Shown: one piece after another, positions 49,217-59,337 of the stretch
Position numbering within the stretch: position 1 is the stretch's first letter
How the letters are laid out: each line of letters opens with the position of its first letter
DNA from: Candidatus Bathyarchaeia archaeon
GTDB lineage: Archaea > Thermoproteota > Bathyarchaeia > TCS64
NCBI GenBank assembly: GCA_050014495.1
Contig: JBEKDF010000001.1
Location: 128,001-192,000 of the forward strand
Length of the DNA stretch: 64,000 bases
Reading direction: 5' to 3'
Notes under the pieces: model-generated
Told to the model about the DNA's origin: nothing
What the model saw: only the letters and a program-made list of their open reading frames with translations
Databases searched by the model: none
Position numbers and translations under genes: made by a program

Positions 49217-50140
49217 TTGAAAGTCGTCGAGAACGCTCTCGAACTCATCGGCGACACACCGATGATCAAGCTCAGCTTCCCTGAGGAAGACACTGTCATC
49301 TACGCCAAGGTAGAGTATCTTAATCCGAGCGGCAGTGTGAAGGACAGAATCGCTCGTTACCTCATTACGGAGGCGGAGAAGAGGGGGGAATTGAAGCCCG
49401 GTTATACCATCGTCGAGGCGACGAGTGGTAATACAGGCATTGCTTTCAGTTGCGCCGCTGCAGCGAAGGGTTATAAAATGATTGTAGTTATGCCTGAGAC
49501 TGCGAGCGTGGAGCGCCGCACAATCATGAAGCACTACAACGCTGAAGTCATTCTCACACCGGCTAAGGATTTTATTGCAGGTGCTGTGAAAAAGGCGGCC
49601 GAGATCGCTAAGAGGCCAAAACACTGGGCCCCATGCCAGTTTGATAATAACGACAACGTCCGAGCACATGAAATGACGACGGCCCAGGAGATATTAGGGC
49701 AGGTACCTGAGGGAAAGGTCGACGCTTTCGTCGCTGGTATCGGCACAGGTGGCACTCTGATGGGTGTCTCTAACGTTCTCAGGAGGAAGAATCCTGGCCT
49801 CAAGGTTTACGCTGTCGACCCAATAGGTAAAAATGTCGAGGGGGACGTCGAGCCCCTAAAGTGCGCGGAGCACAAGGTCGAAGGCATCGGTGATGGCTTC
49901 ATTCCATCAATCACCGATGTAAAGATCATCGATGAGGTCATACAGGTTACTGATAGAAACGCTATCGCTACAGCGCAGATGCTCGCCCGTAAGAAGGGCC
50001 TCTTCGTCGGTAACTCCAGCGGCGCATATGTCTGGTGTGCCCTTCAAGCAGCGAAAAAATTGGGCAAAGGGAAGGTCGTGGTTACGCTCCTCCCTGATAG
50101 CGCCGACAGATATTACAGTACAGACCTCTTTAAGGAGTGA
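49217..50140 (+). CDS. cysK: Cysteine synthase / O-phosphoserine sulfhydrylase (start uncertain, 49190-49217)
   Basis: NPSGSVKDR, EATSGNTG, GIGTGGT, PDSADRY. Confidence 0.9.
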   Translation: MKVVENALELIGDTPMIKLSFPEEDTVIYAKVEYLNPSGSVKDRIARYLITEAEKRGELKPGYTIVEATSGNTGIAFSCAAAAKGYKMIVVMPETASVERRTIMKHYNAEVILTPAKDFIAGAVKKAAEIAKRPKHWAPCQFDNNDNVRAHEMTTAQEILGQVPEGKVDAFVAGIGTGGTLMGVSNVLRRKNPGLKVYAVDPIGKNVEGDVEPLKCAEHKVEGIGDGFIPSITDVKIIDEVIQVTDRNAIATAQMLARKKGLFVGNSSGAYVWCALQAAKKLGKGKVVVTLLPDSADRYYSTDLFKE

Positions 50141-50149
50141 CCACGAGTC

Positions 50150-51019
50150 TTGGGGAGTAGTGGACATCGTGGATTCGTGATCACACATGAGAATTACTCC
50201 TTCGAGATCATCTTGGAGGAGTTAGATAATCTACATATCCACGAAGAGATTATCCCCGAGAAGATGGAGGAACTTGTCGAAAAGATACCACATGACGGCG
50301 TATGGATTCACCCTATTATTGTTGACAGAAAAAGCCTCGTTGTTCTTGATGGTATGCATAGGGTCGCTGCTGCAAAGCAAATCGGTTACCATTACATCCC
50401 CGTCTGCTTGGTCGATTACAACAACCCAGGAGTCCACATCGGTTGCTGGTATAGAATGTTCAAGAATCTAAGCGCGATAAAGGAGGCCTCAGTAGTGCTA
50501 CGGGAGGCAGATCTTAATCCGGAGGAGAAAACATACAGCGAGGCTAAGAGCCTCGTCGAGGAGCGCGAAGCTGTCACAGCTATATTTTCGAATTCTTGGA
50601 GCCTCGTAGGCCTCGGCTCAGCACGGGACATCAATGAAAGGTATGAAATCATCAAAAGGATCGAGCACCGAATACAGGCGAGGGGTCACCATATGGGATA
50701 TAGCACCGACAGCGACGCTTCAGCACGCATCTCCTCTGGAGAGTACTCAGCAGGTCTTATGACCCCAACTGTCACCAAGAGGGAGGTTGTTGTGACAGCT
50801 CTCAAGGGTATAGTATTCAGCCAAAAAACCACGCGCCACATTATTCCAGCTAGGCCAATGTTTGTTGCCGTACCGACCGAATGGCTAAAAGGTGATCTAA
50901 CTCCCGAGGAGGCGAATCATCGCCTTCGGAAGCACCTCAACTCGAAGAGGGTAGAGAATCTCCCCCCGGGTCAAATTCTCGATAGGAGATACGACGAGGA
51001 GCTATACATCTTCAAGTAG
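50150..51019 (+). CDS. ParB/Srx-fold protein, putative SerK/SbnI-like free serine kinase
   Basis: LHIHEE, PIIVD, LDGMHR, KTTRH; 9 nt downstream of cysK. Confidence 0.7.
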   Translation: MGSSGHRGFVITHENYSFEIILEELDNLHIHEEIIPEKMEELVEKIPHDGVWIHPIIVDRKSLVVLDGMHRVAAAKQIGYHYIPVCLVDYNNPGVHIGCWYRMFKNLSAIKEASVVLREADLNPEEKTYSEAKSLVEEREAVTAIFSNSWSLVGLGSARDINERYEIIKRIEHRIQARGHHMGYSTDSDASARISSGEYSAGLMTPTVTKREVVVTALKGIVFSQKTTRHIIPARPMFVAVPTEWLKGDLTPEEANHRLRKHLNSKRVENLPPGQILDRRYDEELYIFK

Positions 51020-51163
51020 ATGGTACCTACTTATCGAACTTTTCTAAAGCGCGCGCGCATGCGAAGATGATTTAGATATAAAGGTAGCTTGATAAAAGGT
51101 AATTGGATAACCATTAGGATATGCAGATTATGTCTAGACTGGAGAATTTAGGAAAAAATCACT

Positions 51164-52477
51164 CTATATCTTCATCTTATTGAGCTTGCCCTCAATGACC
51201 TCCATACCCAAGTACTTCTGGAGTGCCTTAGGCACCTTAATAGTACCATCAGCTTGCTGGTACTGCTCCAATATCATGATCATTGTCCTGGAGGTCGCAA
51301 GAGCAGTGTTATTGAGGGTATGAACGAAGCCCATAGGAGCCTGCCCTTCCTTCATCCTATATCGGACATTCAACCTCCTAGCCTGGTAGTCGGTGCAATT
51401 TGAGTTGCTCCCCACTTCCCTGTACTCCCCATCAGCCATCCACGCCTCGGTGTCGTATTTCTTCGCAGCGATGCTGCCAATATCGCCTGTGCAGACGTTC
51501 ACGACCCTGTAGTGGATGCCGAGGCCCTCGTAGAGTGCTTCGCTATTCCTCTGCAGCTCCTCATGGAGAACCCAGCTCTGCTCAGGAAGGCAGAAGATGA
51601 ACTGCTCGATTTTGTTGAACTGATGGACGCGGAAGATGCCCTTAGTGTACTTGCCGTGACTCCCTATCTCCCTACGGAAACAGGGTGAGACGCCGCACAT
51701 CTTGATGGGTAGTTGATCCGCGGTTAGGGTCTCATCCTTAAGCATAGCACCCATCGGGTGCTCGGATGTAGCGATTAGGTATAGTGGGTCTTTGATGTTC
51801 TCTGAGTCGTCGATCCGATACATCACATTTTCGAAGTCGTTGAGGTCGGTTACCCCCTCATAGAAGCTTCTCCTGATCATGTATGGTGGCTCTATGAGGC
51901 TATACCCTCTGCTGAGGAGGAGGTCCATTGCATACCTCATCACAGAGTAGTCGAGGAGAGCCAGTTCATTGCGCAAGTAATAGAATCCGGTTCCAGTGAC
52001 TTTGGCAGCCCTCTCGAAGTCGGCTATTCCTAGGGACTGGGAGAGGTCGGCGTGACTACTTGGCAAGAAATCGAATTTCGGCGGCTCCCCCCAGACCTTT
52101 ACAACAACATTATCTTTGTCATCCTTCCCGTAGGGCACCGACTCGTGGAGGAGGTTGGGCAGCCTCATGAGGCCATTCTTAACGAAAACCTGCCTCTCTT
52201 CTAGCTCGGACTCGATTACTTTGATCTCCTCGGGGATTCTACTAGCCTCGAGTTTCAGAGAAGAGGCATCCTTCTTGGCCTTCATAACCTGGGCTATCTC
52301 CTGGCTGACCTCATTCCGCCTCTTGCGGAGTTGGTTCACCTTAGTTGTCAACTCGCGCCACCGCTTATCTGCGGTGATAACCTGGTCGAGGAGCTCCAAC
52401 TTCTCTGGCTGCTGCCTCCTCTCTAGGTTAGCGCGCACCATCTCAGGATTCTCCCTGATCAGCTTAATATCAAGCAA
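51164..52477 (-). CDS. serS: Seryl-tRNA synthetase
   Basis: MLDIKLIR, ATSEH, FRRE, RVHQF, SNCTDYQARRL, HTLN. Confidence 0.96.
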   Translation of the reverse strand: MLDIKLIRENPEMVRANLERRQQPEKLELLDQVITADKRWRELTTKVNQLRKRRNEVSQEIAQVMKAKKDASSLKLEASRIPEEIKVIESELEERQVFVKNGLMRLPNLLHESVPYGKDDKDNVVVKVWGEPPKFDFLPSSHADLSQSLGIADFERAAKVTGTGFYYLRNELALLDYSVMRYAMDLLLSRGYSLIEPPYMIRRSFYEGVTDLNDFENVMYRIDDSENIKDPLYLIATSEHPMGAMLKDETLTADQLPIKMCGVSPCFRREIGSHGKYTKGIFRVHQFNKIEQFIFCLPEQSWVLHEELQRNSEALYEGLGIHYRVVNVCTGDIGSIAAKKYDTEAWMADGEYREVGSNSNCTDYQARRLNVRYRMKEGQAPMGFVHTLNNTALATSRTMIMILEQYQQADGTIKVPKALQKYLGMEVIEGKLNKMKI

Positions 52478-52570
52478 CTACAGTCACGCAAACAAACAGA
52501 AGCCACTTGGTGAATTTAGAAGTTAGGATCCGGGCATGGTTTATTATCCACTGATCCCGATGAATCACCG

Positions 52571-52885
52571 GTGACTGTTGTGAAGTTCATAGCATTTCTG
52601 GAGTGCGCGTCCGAGGATCTGGACGACTTCATTGAGATATGGAAGAGGAGAACTCACGCTAAGCATACTGTGAAAACACTTTTCCCACCCCACACGATGG
52701 CGAATACACCAAAAGGCTATTCGGGTTTCACAATCTTTGAAACGGATAACTCAGACGACATTATGCACTACGTTACTGAATATGGGCAGGTTGCAAGCGT
52801 GCAGGTCTACCCGATTTGGGAGTCCCAGAAGGGGGCAGAACTATATCAAAAAATTAAGTTACCGATGAAGAAGAGTGCTGAATAG
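52571..52885 (+). CDS. Small ferredoxin-like fold protein (DUF3303-like)
   Basis: GFTIFETD and VYPI pattern. Confidence 0.5.
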   Translation: MTVVKFIAFLECASEDLDDFIEIWKRRTHAKHTVKTLFPPHTMANTPKGYSGFTIFETDNSDDIMHYVTEYGQVASVQVYPIWESQKGAELYQKIKLPMKKSAE

Positions 52886-52949
52886 CCTTAAACTCTCAGT
52901 TTCACCTGGGTCTCCCCTATGTTGTGGTACGTAACCCATTTTAACACTG

Positions 52950-53165
52950 ATGGGATCGAATCTCACGGTGAATCGATTGGAGTCAGCCTCAAGCTACCAG
53001 ATGGGAGCATTCGAAGCACTCGAGTGGGCATGGCACCTCCTTAGAACGCAAAAAGAGCACTGCGGATCAGTGGATGACGCCTTCAGCACGGTCCAGAGGC
53101 TCCTCGCTGAAGTGGGCAAAGGTAGTGAAATCGACTTCCGCGAAGAGATAAGTCGCCTCAATTAG
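52950..53165 (+). CDS. Small hypothetical protein
   Basis: 71-aa helical ORF (GAFEALEWAW) co-directional with its neighbours. Confidence 0.55.
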   Translation: MGSNLTVNRLESASSYQMGAFEALEWAWHLLRTQKEHCGSVDDAFSTVQRLLAEVGKGSEIDFREEISRLN

Positions 53166-53235
53166 ACGCCTTTTAAATAATCATTAATTACTATGTCCTA
53201 ATAATCTAGACCTGGCTCAGAAAGTCTCTCCTGAA

Positions 53236-53337
53236 GTGTTTAAGGACGCTTAAGTCGCTGACGGTACAGGAAAACAGCCCGTCAAGGATGCTACCATCCT
53301 TATCAAAGATTCCACAATCGAGAAGGTTGAAAAGAGG
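53236..53337 (+). pseudogene. N-terminal fragment of an amidohydrolase
   Basis: VFKDA*VADGTGKQPVKDATILIKDSTIEKV: composite-domain pattern with an in-frame stop and no catalytic domain. Confidence 0.6.
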
Positions 53338-53422
53338 TGGTTGCCCTATTCACGCGAGCAAGAGGACGATATGTCTCGTCATAAAATCGGGAAACGTCGA
53401 TGTCAACAGGGGCATATAGCAA

Positions 53423-54103
53423 ATGGAAATTAGGCGATTAAGCCTCCTCGAGGGAGCACGAAGGGCTACTGGCACCACTATTATAATTGATGTGTTTCGG
53501 GCATTCACAACTGCTGCCTTTGTCATGGCGAATGGCGCTGTTACAATAATACCAGTCAGCACAGTCGAGGAAGCGTTTGAGCTACGCCGAAACAACCCTG
53601 GGTGGATCGTCATGGGAGAGATCCATGGTCATAAGGTCTCTGGCTTTGAATACGGCAATAGCCCCGACGAGGTGAGCCGAGTCGACTTCACTGGTAAGAC
53701 CATCATCCAACGCACGAGCAGTGGAGTTCAAGGAATAATCAACGCTTCCCATGCTGACGATGTGCTGCTCGGAAGCTTCGTCACTGCTGAAGCTACAGTC
53801 AAATACATAAAGAGTAGAAATCCAACTGTCGTCTCACTTGTAGCAATGGGATGGGAGGGAAATTATGAAGCCATCGAGGATGAGCTCTGTGCTGGATACC
53901 TTGAAAACAGGCTCAGAGGAGGTCATCCAGATTTTACGGATATTATGAAAAGGATCAGGGCCGATCCGCAAGGTGCCAAGTTCTTCGACACCAAACAAAC
54001 CATCTTCAGAGAGGGAGATTTTCACTCAGCGATGAGCCTAGACCAGTTCGACTTCGCTCTCAGGGTCGCCAGGGACGTTCCTATGCACATTGAGAAAATC
54101 TGA
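53423..54103 (+). CDS. comB: 2-phosphosulfolactate phosphatase family
   Basis: IIDVFRAFTT, GNSP, RTSSG, EDELCAG. Confidence 0.88.
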   Translation: MEIRRLSLLEGARRATGTTIIIDVFRAFTTAAFVMANGAVTIIPVSTVEEAFELRRNNPGWIVMGEIHGHKVSGFEYGNSPDEVSRVDFTGKTIIQRTSSGVQGIINASHADDVLLGSFVTAEATVKYIKSRNPTVVSLVAMGWEGNYEAIEDELCAGYLENRLRGGHPDFTDIMKRIRADPQGAKFFDTKQTIFREGDFHSAMSLDQFDFALRVARDVPMHIEKI

Positions 54104-54149
54104 TCGCTAACTTTTACTAATACTCCTACCAACCTCTACTCGAAATCTT

Positions 54150-54572
54150 ATGATGGTCTCCGATATTATGACGAAGGAACCCGTCACCATCTCCCCCGCG
54201 ACTAGGGCTGATGATGTCGCAAATATAATGTATAAGAAGGAAATTAGCAGCGTTATCCTCGTCACCAACGGGAAACCCGTGGGAATATTAACGGAGCGTG
54301 ACCTGGTTCACAGAGTCCTAGCCCAGGGGAAGGATCCTAAGAAACTTATGGCAGCGGACATCTGCACCAATCCGGTCATCGCAGTCTCCGTCCACTGCCA
54401 AGTAGAAACAGCAATTGACACAATGAATGAACATAAGATCAGACGCCTAGTAGTAATCGATGACATGAATCACGTTGCCGGCATCGTGACCACTGACGAC
54501 ATCGGCTTCATCTTGAAAAGCATGAGCGAGGATCTCGCCATGAAGTACCTAAACCTCACAAAGAGGAAGTAA
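54150..54572 (+). CDS. CBS domain pair protein
   Basis: VSDIMT, GILTERD, IRRLVV, GIVTTDD. Confidence 0.9.
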   Translation: MMVSDIMTKEPVTISPATRADDVANIMYKKEISSVILVTNGKPVGILTERDLVHRVLAQGKDPKKLMAADICTNPVIAVSVHCQVETAIDTMNEHKIRRLVVIDDMNHVAGIVTTDDIGFILKSMSEDLAMKYLNLTKRK

Positions 54573-54648
54573 TTCTCAAAGCGTGGATCTTTTCTCCATT
54601 CAAGTTTTAAGCTGACCGACCACTTGTCTCTGTAAGGGGGTCCGGTGT

Positions 54649-55728
54649 ATGAAGATCGACCCTTTCAGGCTGGAGCGGTGGCTACTCGAAAAGGCTGATA
54701 TCGACCTCGGTGGGGGCGGGGTGGCGAAGCTCCAGCTAAGGGATGTTATGCCCCAGATGTCGGGGGAAACCATGTTGAAGTATGGTCGTACATGTGGTTC
54801 CGACGCCCTCAGGAGCCATGTTGCAGAATGGTATGGGGTCGAGATTGAGAACGTTCTCATCACCTCCGGAACGAGCGAGGCGAATCTGATAGTCAATCTC
54901 GCTCTTCTCGACCAGGGGGACGAGTACTTCACCGAGGTACCCCAGTATGAACAGACCACCGGTTTCGCCAGGATGCTTGGGGCGAAAGTGAAGCCCTTTC
55001 ATCTCATCGAGGAGAAGGGATGGGCGCCAGATCTAGAGGAACTAAAGGAGAGAATTAACCGTCGAACTAAACTACTCTTTTTAGACAACCCGAACAACCC
55101 AACCGGGGCGGTTATGACCCAAGAAGAGATGCAGGCCCTATGCGAGATAGCCGAAAGGGTGGGCGCCTATGTACACTGCGACAACGCACTCCGAGGATCC
55201 GAGATAGATGGGAAACCCGCCGCGACACCGGAGTTCTACGAGAGAGGAGTAGTCACGGGGAGCATCAGCAAGCTAGGCGCTACGAGCCCCCGCATAGGGT
55301 GGATAGTAGCCAACAATGAGATTATTGATCGCTGCTGGACGATGAAAGACTACACAACTCTCAGTCACTGCGGCATAGGAGAGCAGATCGCCGAGAAACT
55401 TGTGTCGAACCGCGCGAGATATCTGAAGAGGAACCAGTCGATTAAAGAGGCTAACACCAAGACGTGGGCGACTTGGAAGGAATCTAACTCCGACCTCGTC
55501 ACATGCGTGGAGCCAAAAGGGGGATTCACAGTCTTTCCCCGTTACAAGAACCGCCTCGGTTCAACAAAGTTCACGGAGAGGCTCCTCAAGGAAGAAGGCG
55601 TCATGGTGAGCCCCGGAGACCAGTTTGGCGTAGAAAGGCACTTGAGGATCAACATAGGGACGAAGGGAGATACCTTAAGCAACGGTCTCGAACGCATCGG
55701 GAGATTCATGCATAGAATATTGAAATAG
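54649..55728 (+). CDS. Class I/II PLP aminotransferase
   Basis: FRLERW, NPNNPTG, SISK....RIGW. Confidence 0.88.
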   Translation: MKIDPFRLERWLLEKADIDLGGGGVAKLQLRDVMPQMSGETMLKYGRTCGSDALRSHVAEWYGVEIENVLITSGTSEANLIVNLALLDQGDEYFTEVPQYEQTTGFARMLGAKVKPFHLIEEKGWAPDLEELKERINRRTKLLFLDNPNNPTGAVMTQEEMQALCEIAERVGAYVHCDNALRGSEIDGKPAATPEFYERGVVTGSISKLGATSPRIGWIVANNEIIDRCWTMKDYTTLSHCGIGEQIAEKLVSNRARYLKRNQSIKEANTKTWATWKESNSDLVTCVEPKGGFTVFPRYKNRLGSTKFTERLLKEEGVMVSPGDQFGVERHLRINIGTKGDTLSNGLERIGRFMHRILK

Positions 55729-55817
55729 CCTCGTATACACCATAAAGGGTGCCGATTCAAAATATTATCTGTGATGAGGTCTATATCCTCGGTGATCCAG
55801 TAATTCACCAGATCCAG

Positions 55818-56528
55818 ATGAAGATCGGCATACTAGGTGGTACTGGCAACATGGGTGGTGGCTTAGCACTCCGTCTCTCCCTAAAGCATGACATTATAGT
55901 AGGCTCAAGGAGCATCGAAAAGGCAACCCAGACAGCCAAGGAGCTGGATGCGAAGGCTGTTAACTTCTACAAATCCGCTATGAAGGGGAGTATATCTGGG
56001 ACCATCAATGAGGAGGCCATCGAGGGGATGGATATTATTGTCGAGACGCTTCCAGCATCGGTTGCTATCACTACTCTCGCCACTCTCAAGGATAAATTCA
56101 CCCCCAGGCAGATAGTCGTCTCCTGCGTCGTCCCAATGAAGAGGCATGGTAAGCTCTACATGTGGTCCCCCGTCATCGCTGGCGGTTGCGACCAATCGCG
56201 ATCGGCAGCGGAGCTGATCCAGGAAGCTGTAGCACCCGTAAAGGTGGTCTCCGCTTTTCAGACAGTACCAGCGCAGTATCTGAACGACATAAACGGTATT
56301 CTGGACCTTGATGTCTTCGTGGCGGGGGATGACGAAGCCGCGGTGGAAACAGTGATGTGGCTCGCAAGGGATATCCCCGGCCTGAGACCGCTGAGGGTCG
56401 GTCCTTTGGAGAACTCTAAATGGGTTGAGTCACTAACACCACTCTTACTAAATGCTGCTATCCTTAATGGGCTACACGATCCATCCATTCGAATCGTGCC
56501 CTGGGTCCCAAGCGAATTTGAGACTTAA
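55818..56528 (+). CDS. npdG: NADPH-dependent F420 reductase
   Basis: MKIGILGGTG, VGSR, SAAE, VVSAF, ESLTPLL. Confidence 0.88.
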   Translation: MKIGILGGTGNMGGGLALRLSLKHDIIVGSRSIEKATQTAKELDAKAVNFYKSAMKGSISGTINEEAIEGMDIIVETLPASVAITTLATLKDKFTPRQIVVSCVVPMKRHGKLYMWSPVIAGGCDQSRSAAELIQEAVAPVKVVSAFQTVPAQYLNDINGILDLDVFVAGDDEAAVETVMWLARDIPGLRPLRVGPLENSKWVESLTPLLLNAAILNGLHDPSIRIVPWVPSEFET

Positions 56529-56566
56529 ATGCTTTAAAAACAATGCTAAGAGGCAAGGAAATAAAT

Positions 56567-56653
56567 TGGCGCCGGGAGAGGGATTCGAACCCTCGAGTCC
56601 GTACGGACACCAGCTTTCCAGGCTGGCTCCCTACCGAGCTAGGAGACCCCGGC
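56567..56653 (-). tRNA. tRNA-Ser(GGA), CCA encoded
   Basis: Minus strand GCCGGGG...CCAGC-CTGGAAA-GCTGG, long variable arm, TTCGAAT T-loop. Confidence 0.92.
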
Positions 56654-56741
56654 TCCACCAAATACCCAAGGGGTCACCAATTTAAACTCTATCGGCAAGA
56701 CCGGAGACGTTTTTAGGGGCGACTGTGGAGGCTTCTACGCA

Positions 56742-57086
56742 ATGGAAGCTCTCAATGTCAACTGGGTGGAGCGCAGCGAGAAGACCCTAGAGGAGCTTAA
56801 AAAGCTCAAGGAGAAGAAGGAGCAGGACCGTCTCGACAGAGTCCGCGCAATGCGCTTCGCCTTCATGGCCCTCGGTCAGAGTCTTGCCGGTTGGATGCAG
56901 TGGGTAAATAGCCCCGAAGTTATGAGCAACTTCACCAAGGAAGAACTGGAAGAAATGAGTCAGACTGTTATTGGTATGGTTGAGAAGTTTATGGAGTATG
57001 ACATCGATATAACGAATGAGGGCATGCAGAAGGGCGTCGCAAAACAACGCGAGCAAGAGGATCAGGGAAACCACTTTGTAATCTAG
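56742..57086 (+). CDS. DUF2153 family protein
   Basis: DRLD, SLAGWMQW, FTKEEL. Confidence 0.75.
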   Translation: MEALNVNWVERSEKTLEELKKLKEKKEQDRLDRVRAMRFAFMALGQSLAGWMQWVNSPEVMSNFTKEELEEMSQTVIGMVEKFMEYDIDITNEGMQKGVAKQREQEDQGNHFVI

Positions 57087-57481
57087 CCGAGCCTCTGCCC
57101 GGCACCCTGCCCACCACTCCCCTGGAAAACCTCCTCAACAGAGCAAATAACAGCCGCCTTCCCGGGGAACTGGCGTGTTCCGCTAGTCGCCATCTTCCTG
57201 ATCTGCTCGTACCTAGGGCCAGACGTCTCCCAGTGGACGCGACATTTTATCTGGTAGCTTTTCCCATCAGCCCAACCATTGAATGCGACGACGGGATTCT
57301 CTTCTAAGTTCGCCTTAGTCTTATTCAAATAATTGTCAGAGACAACGAGTGTCTCGTCATCGGTCCAATACCACATGCCGACGAGTATTACGTTTGGACG
57401 TCCCGTCTTATCCGCAGTAGCCATAGGGATAACCCGCTGTTTTTCGAAGACCGCCATTATCTCGGGCGAAACCTTTGCCAT
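57083..57481 (-). CDS. Pyridoxamine 5'-phosphate oxidase family FMN-binding protein
   Basis: ATADKTGRPN, KTKANLEENP, YQIK. Confidence 0.85.
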   Translation of the reverse strand: MAKVSPEIMAVFEKQRVIPMATADKTGRPNVILVGMWYWTDDETLVVSDNYLNKTKANLEENPVVAFNGWADGKSYQIKCRVHWETSGPRYEQIRKMATSGTRQFPGKAAVICSVEEVFQGSGGQGAGQRLG

Positions 57482-57683
57482 ATTGATTCGAGGGTAATAG
57501 ATCCTCTGCATTGATAAAAGTTGAGAATAAGTCGCGTACGCTAATTGAGGACTGCTTCCACTTAATCTTAGGTAAAAACGAAATCAGATTGTAGGTTGTG
57601 GCATGAATAACTAGCTATAGTAAGAAAAAGGCATAATGATTTTTTAGATTGGAGCCATTTGGCTCCGGTTAAAAAGGCTGTTT

Positions 57684-59327
57684 TTACTCTTCGTCTCCGC
57701 CGGGGGGCATCCCGCCCTTTCCGCCGGGGCCGCCTGGACCACCGCCGCTCTTCGCAGCGACGACGTCGTCGATCCTCAGGATCATGCTTGCAACCTCGAT
57801 GCTACTCTTTATCGCCTGCTGCTTCACGACCATGGGTTCGATGACGCCTTCCTTGAGCATATCGATGACGCCGCCTTCGAAGACGTTGACTCCCATCTTG
57901 AGGCCGTTCTTCTTCTCGTGGGCAGCCTTCATCGCGACCATTGTGTCGAGGAGGTCGAGGCCCGCGTTCTCTGCGAGGGTCCTCGGGATTACCTCGAGTG
58001 CGTCGGAGAATGCCTCAATGGCGAGTTGCTCCCGCCCACCTACCTGACGAGCGTAGGCGCGAACCTCTTTCGAGAGCTCCATCTCGATGGCTCCGCCGCC
58101 GGGTACCATCTTAGGCACCTTGGCAACGTCGCTTACTACATAGAGCGCATCGTTTAGGCTCCTCTCCGCTTCGTCGATCATCCTTTCCAAGCCTGCGCGG
58201 ACGAAGATGGCGACGCTCGCTGGGTTCTTGCATTCCTCTACGAAGATCATCTTGTCGTTACCGACTTTTCTCTCCTCGACGAGTCCGCAAGTCCCGAGGT
58301 CAGCCTTCTTCAGGTCCTTGAGGTTGTTGACGATCTTAGCGCCTGTCGCCTTTGCGAGCTTCTCCATGTCGCTCTCCTTGAGGCGGCGAGCCGCCATTAT
58401 CCCCGCCTTTGCGAGGAAGTGCTGGGCGACGTCGTCGATGCCTTTTTGGCAGAGCAATACATTTGCGCCGGAGGCTGCGACCTGGTCGACCATCTTCTTC
58501 AGCATCTCGGTCTCCTGGTCTAGGAAGGCCTTGACGCCCTCGGGGGTCTTGATGCGGATCTCGGCGTCGATCTCGGTCTTCTCGATCTCAATCGCGACGT
58601 TGAGGAGGGCGATCTTTGCGTTCTTGAGCTTCTTTGGCATCCCGTCGTGGACGACTTCCTTGTCGACGATTATGCCCTTGACGAGCTCAGTTTCCTTGAG
58701 GCTCTTACCTTCCTTCTTCACGATCTGGACGTTGTCGACGTCGGCGATTACCTCGTTGCCGCGCTTCTCTATGATCTGCTTGATTGCGTCGACTACTACG
58801 CCGGCTAGGTGCTCTCTGTCACTGCTGACCGCCTTGCTTCTCATAGATGTACTGGCGAGCTTGATTAGTGTCTCCCTGTCATTCATGTCGACTGGCAGTG
58901 CGACCTGGGTCAGTACTTCGAGTGCTTTATCGGCAGCCTTTTGGTATCCGCTGATGACGATGCTTGGATGGATCTCCTGTTCTAGGAGCTCATCCGCTTT
59001 CTTCAGCAACTCGCCCGCGAAAATGACTGCAGTGGTTGTGCCGTCTCCAACCTCCTTGTCCTGGGTCTTTGCGACCTCGATTATCATCTTGGCTGCAGGA
59101 TGCTGTACGTCGATCTCCTCGAGTACCTTGGCGCCGTCGCTTGTGATGGTGATGTCGCCGAGGCTGTCTACGAGCATTTTATCCATGCCGCGGGGGCCGA
59201 GTGTCGTCTTAAGGACCTCTGCTACTATCTGGCCCGCCATCATGTTGCTGCGGCGCGCGTCTCGGCCGCGGCTCCTCTTTGTATCCTCCTTGAGTACTAT
59301 TACTGGCTGGTTTCCTTGGTATGTCAT
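57684..59327 (-). CDS. ths: Thermosome (group II chaperonin) subunit, second of tandem pair
   Basis: [21 protein letters not shown]. Confidence 0.96.
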   Translation of the reverse strand: MTYQGNQPVIVLKEDTKRSRGRDARRSNMMAGQIVAEVLKTTLGPRGMDKMLVDSLGDITITSDGAKVLEEIDVQHPAAKMIIEVAKTQDKEVGDGTTTAVIFAGELLKKADELLEQEIHPSIVISGYQKAADKALEVLTQVALPVDMNDRETLIKLASTSMRSKAVSSDREHLAGVVVDAIKQIIEKRGNEVIADVDNVQIVKKEGKSLKETELVKGIIVDKEVVHDGMPKKLKNAKIALLNVAIEIEKTEIDAEIRIKTPEGVKAFLDQETEMLKKMVDQVAASGANVLLCQKGIDDVAQHFLAKAGIMAARRLKESDMEKLAKATGAKIVNNLKDLKKADLGTCGLVEERKVGNDKMIFVEECKNPASVAIFVRAGLERMIDEAERSLNDALYVVSDVAKVPKMVPGGGAIEMELSKEVRAYARQVGGREQLAIEAFSDALEVIPRTLAENAGLDLLDTMVAMKAAHEKKNGLKMGVNVFEGGVIDMLKEGVIEPMVVKQQAIKSSIEVASMILRIDDVVAAKSGGGPGGPGGKGGMPPGGDEE

Positions 59328-59337
59328 CGTATTTCAC

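Noticed and set aside
50150..51019. Chromosome-partition ParB
   Set aside because: No parA partner or HTH domain; motifs and context fit a SerK/SbnI-like kinase.
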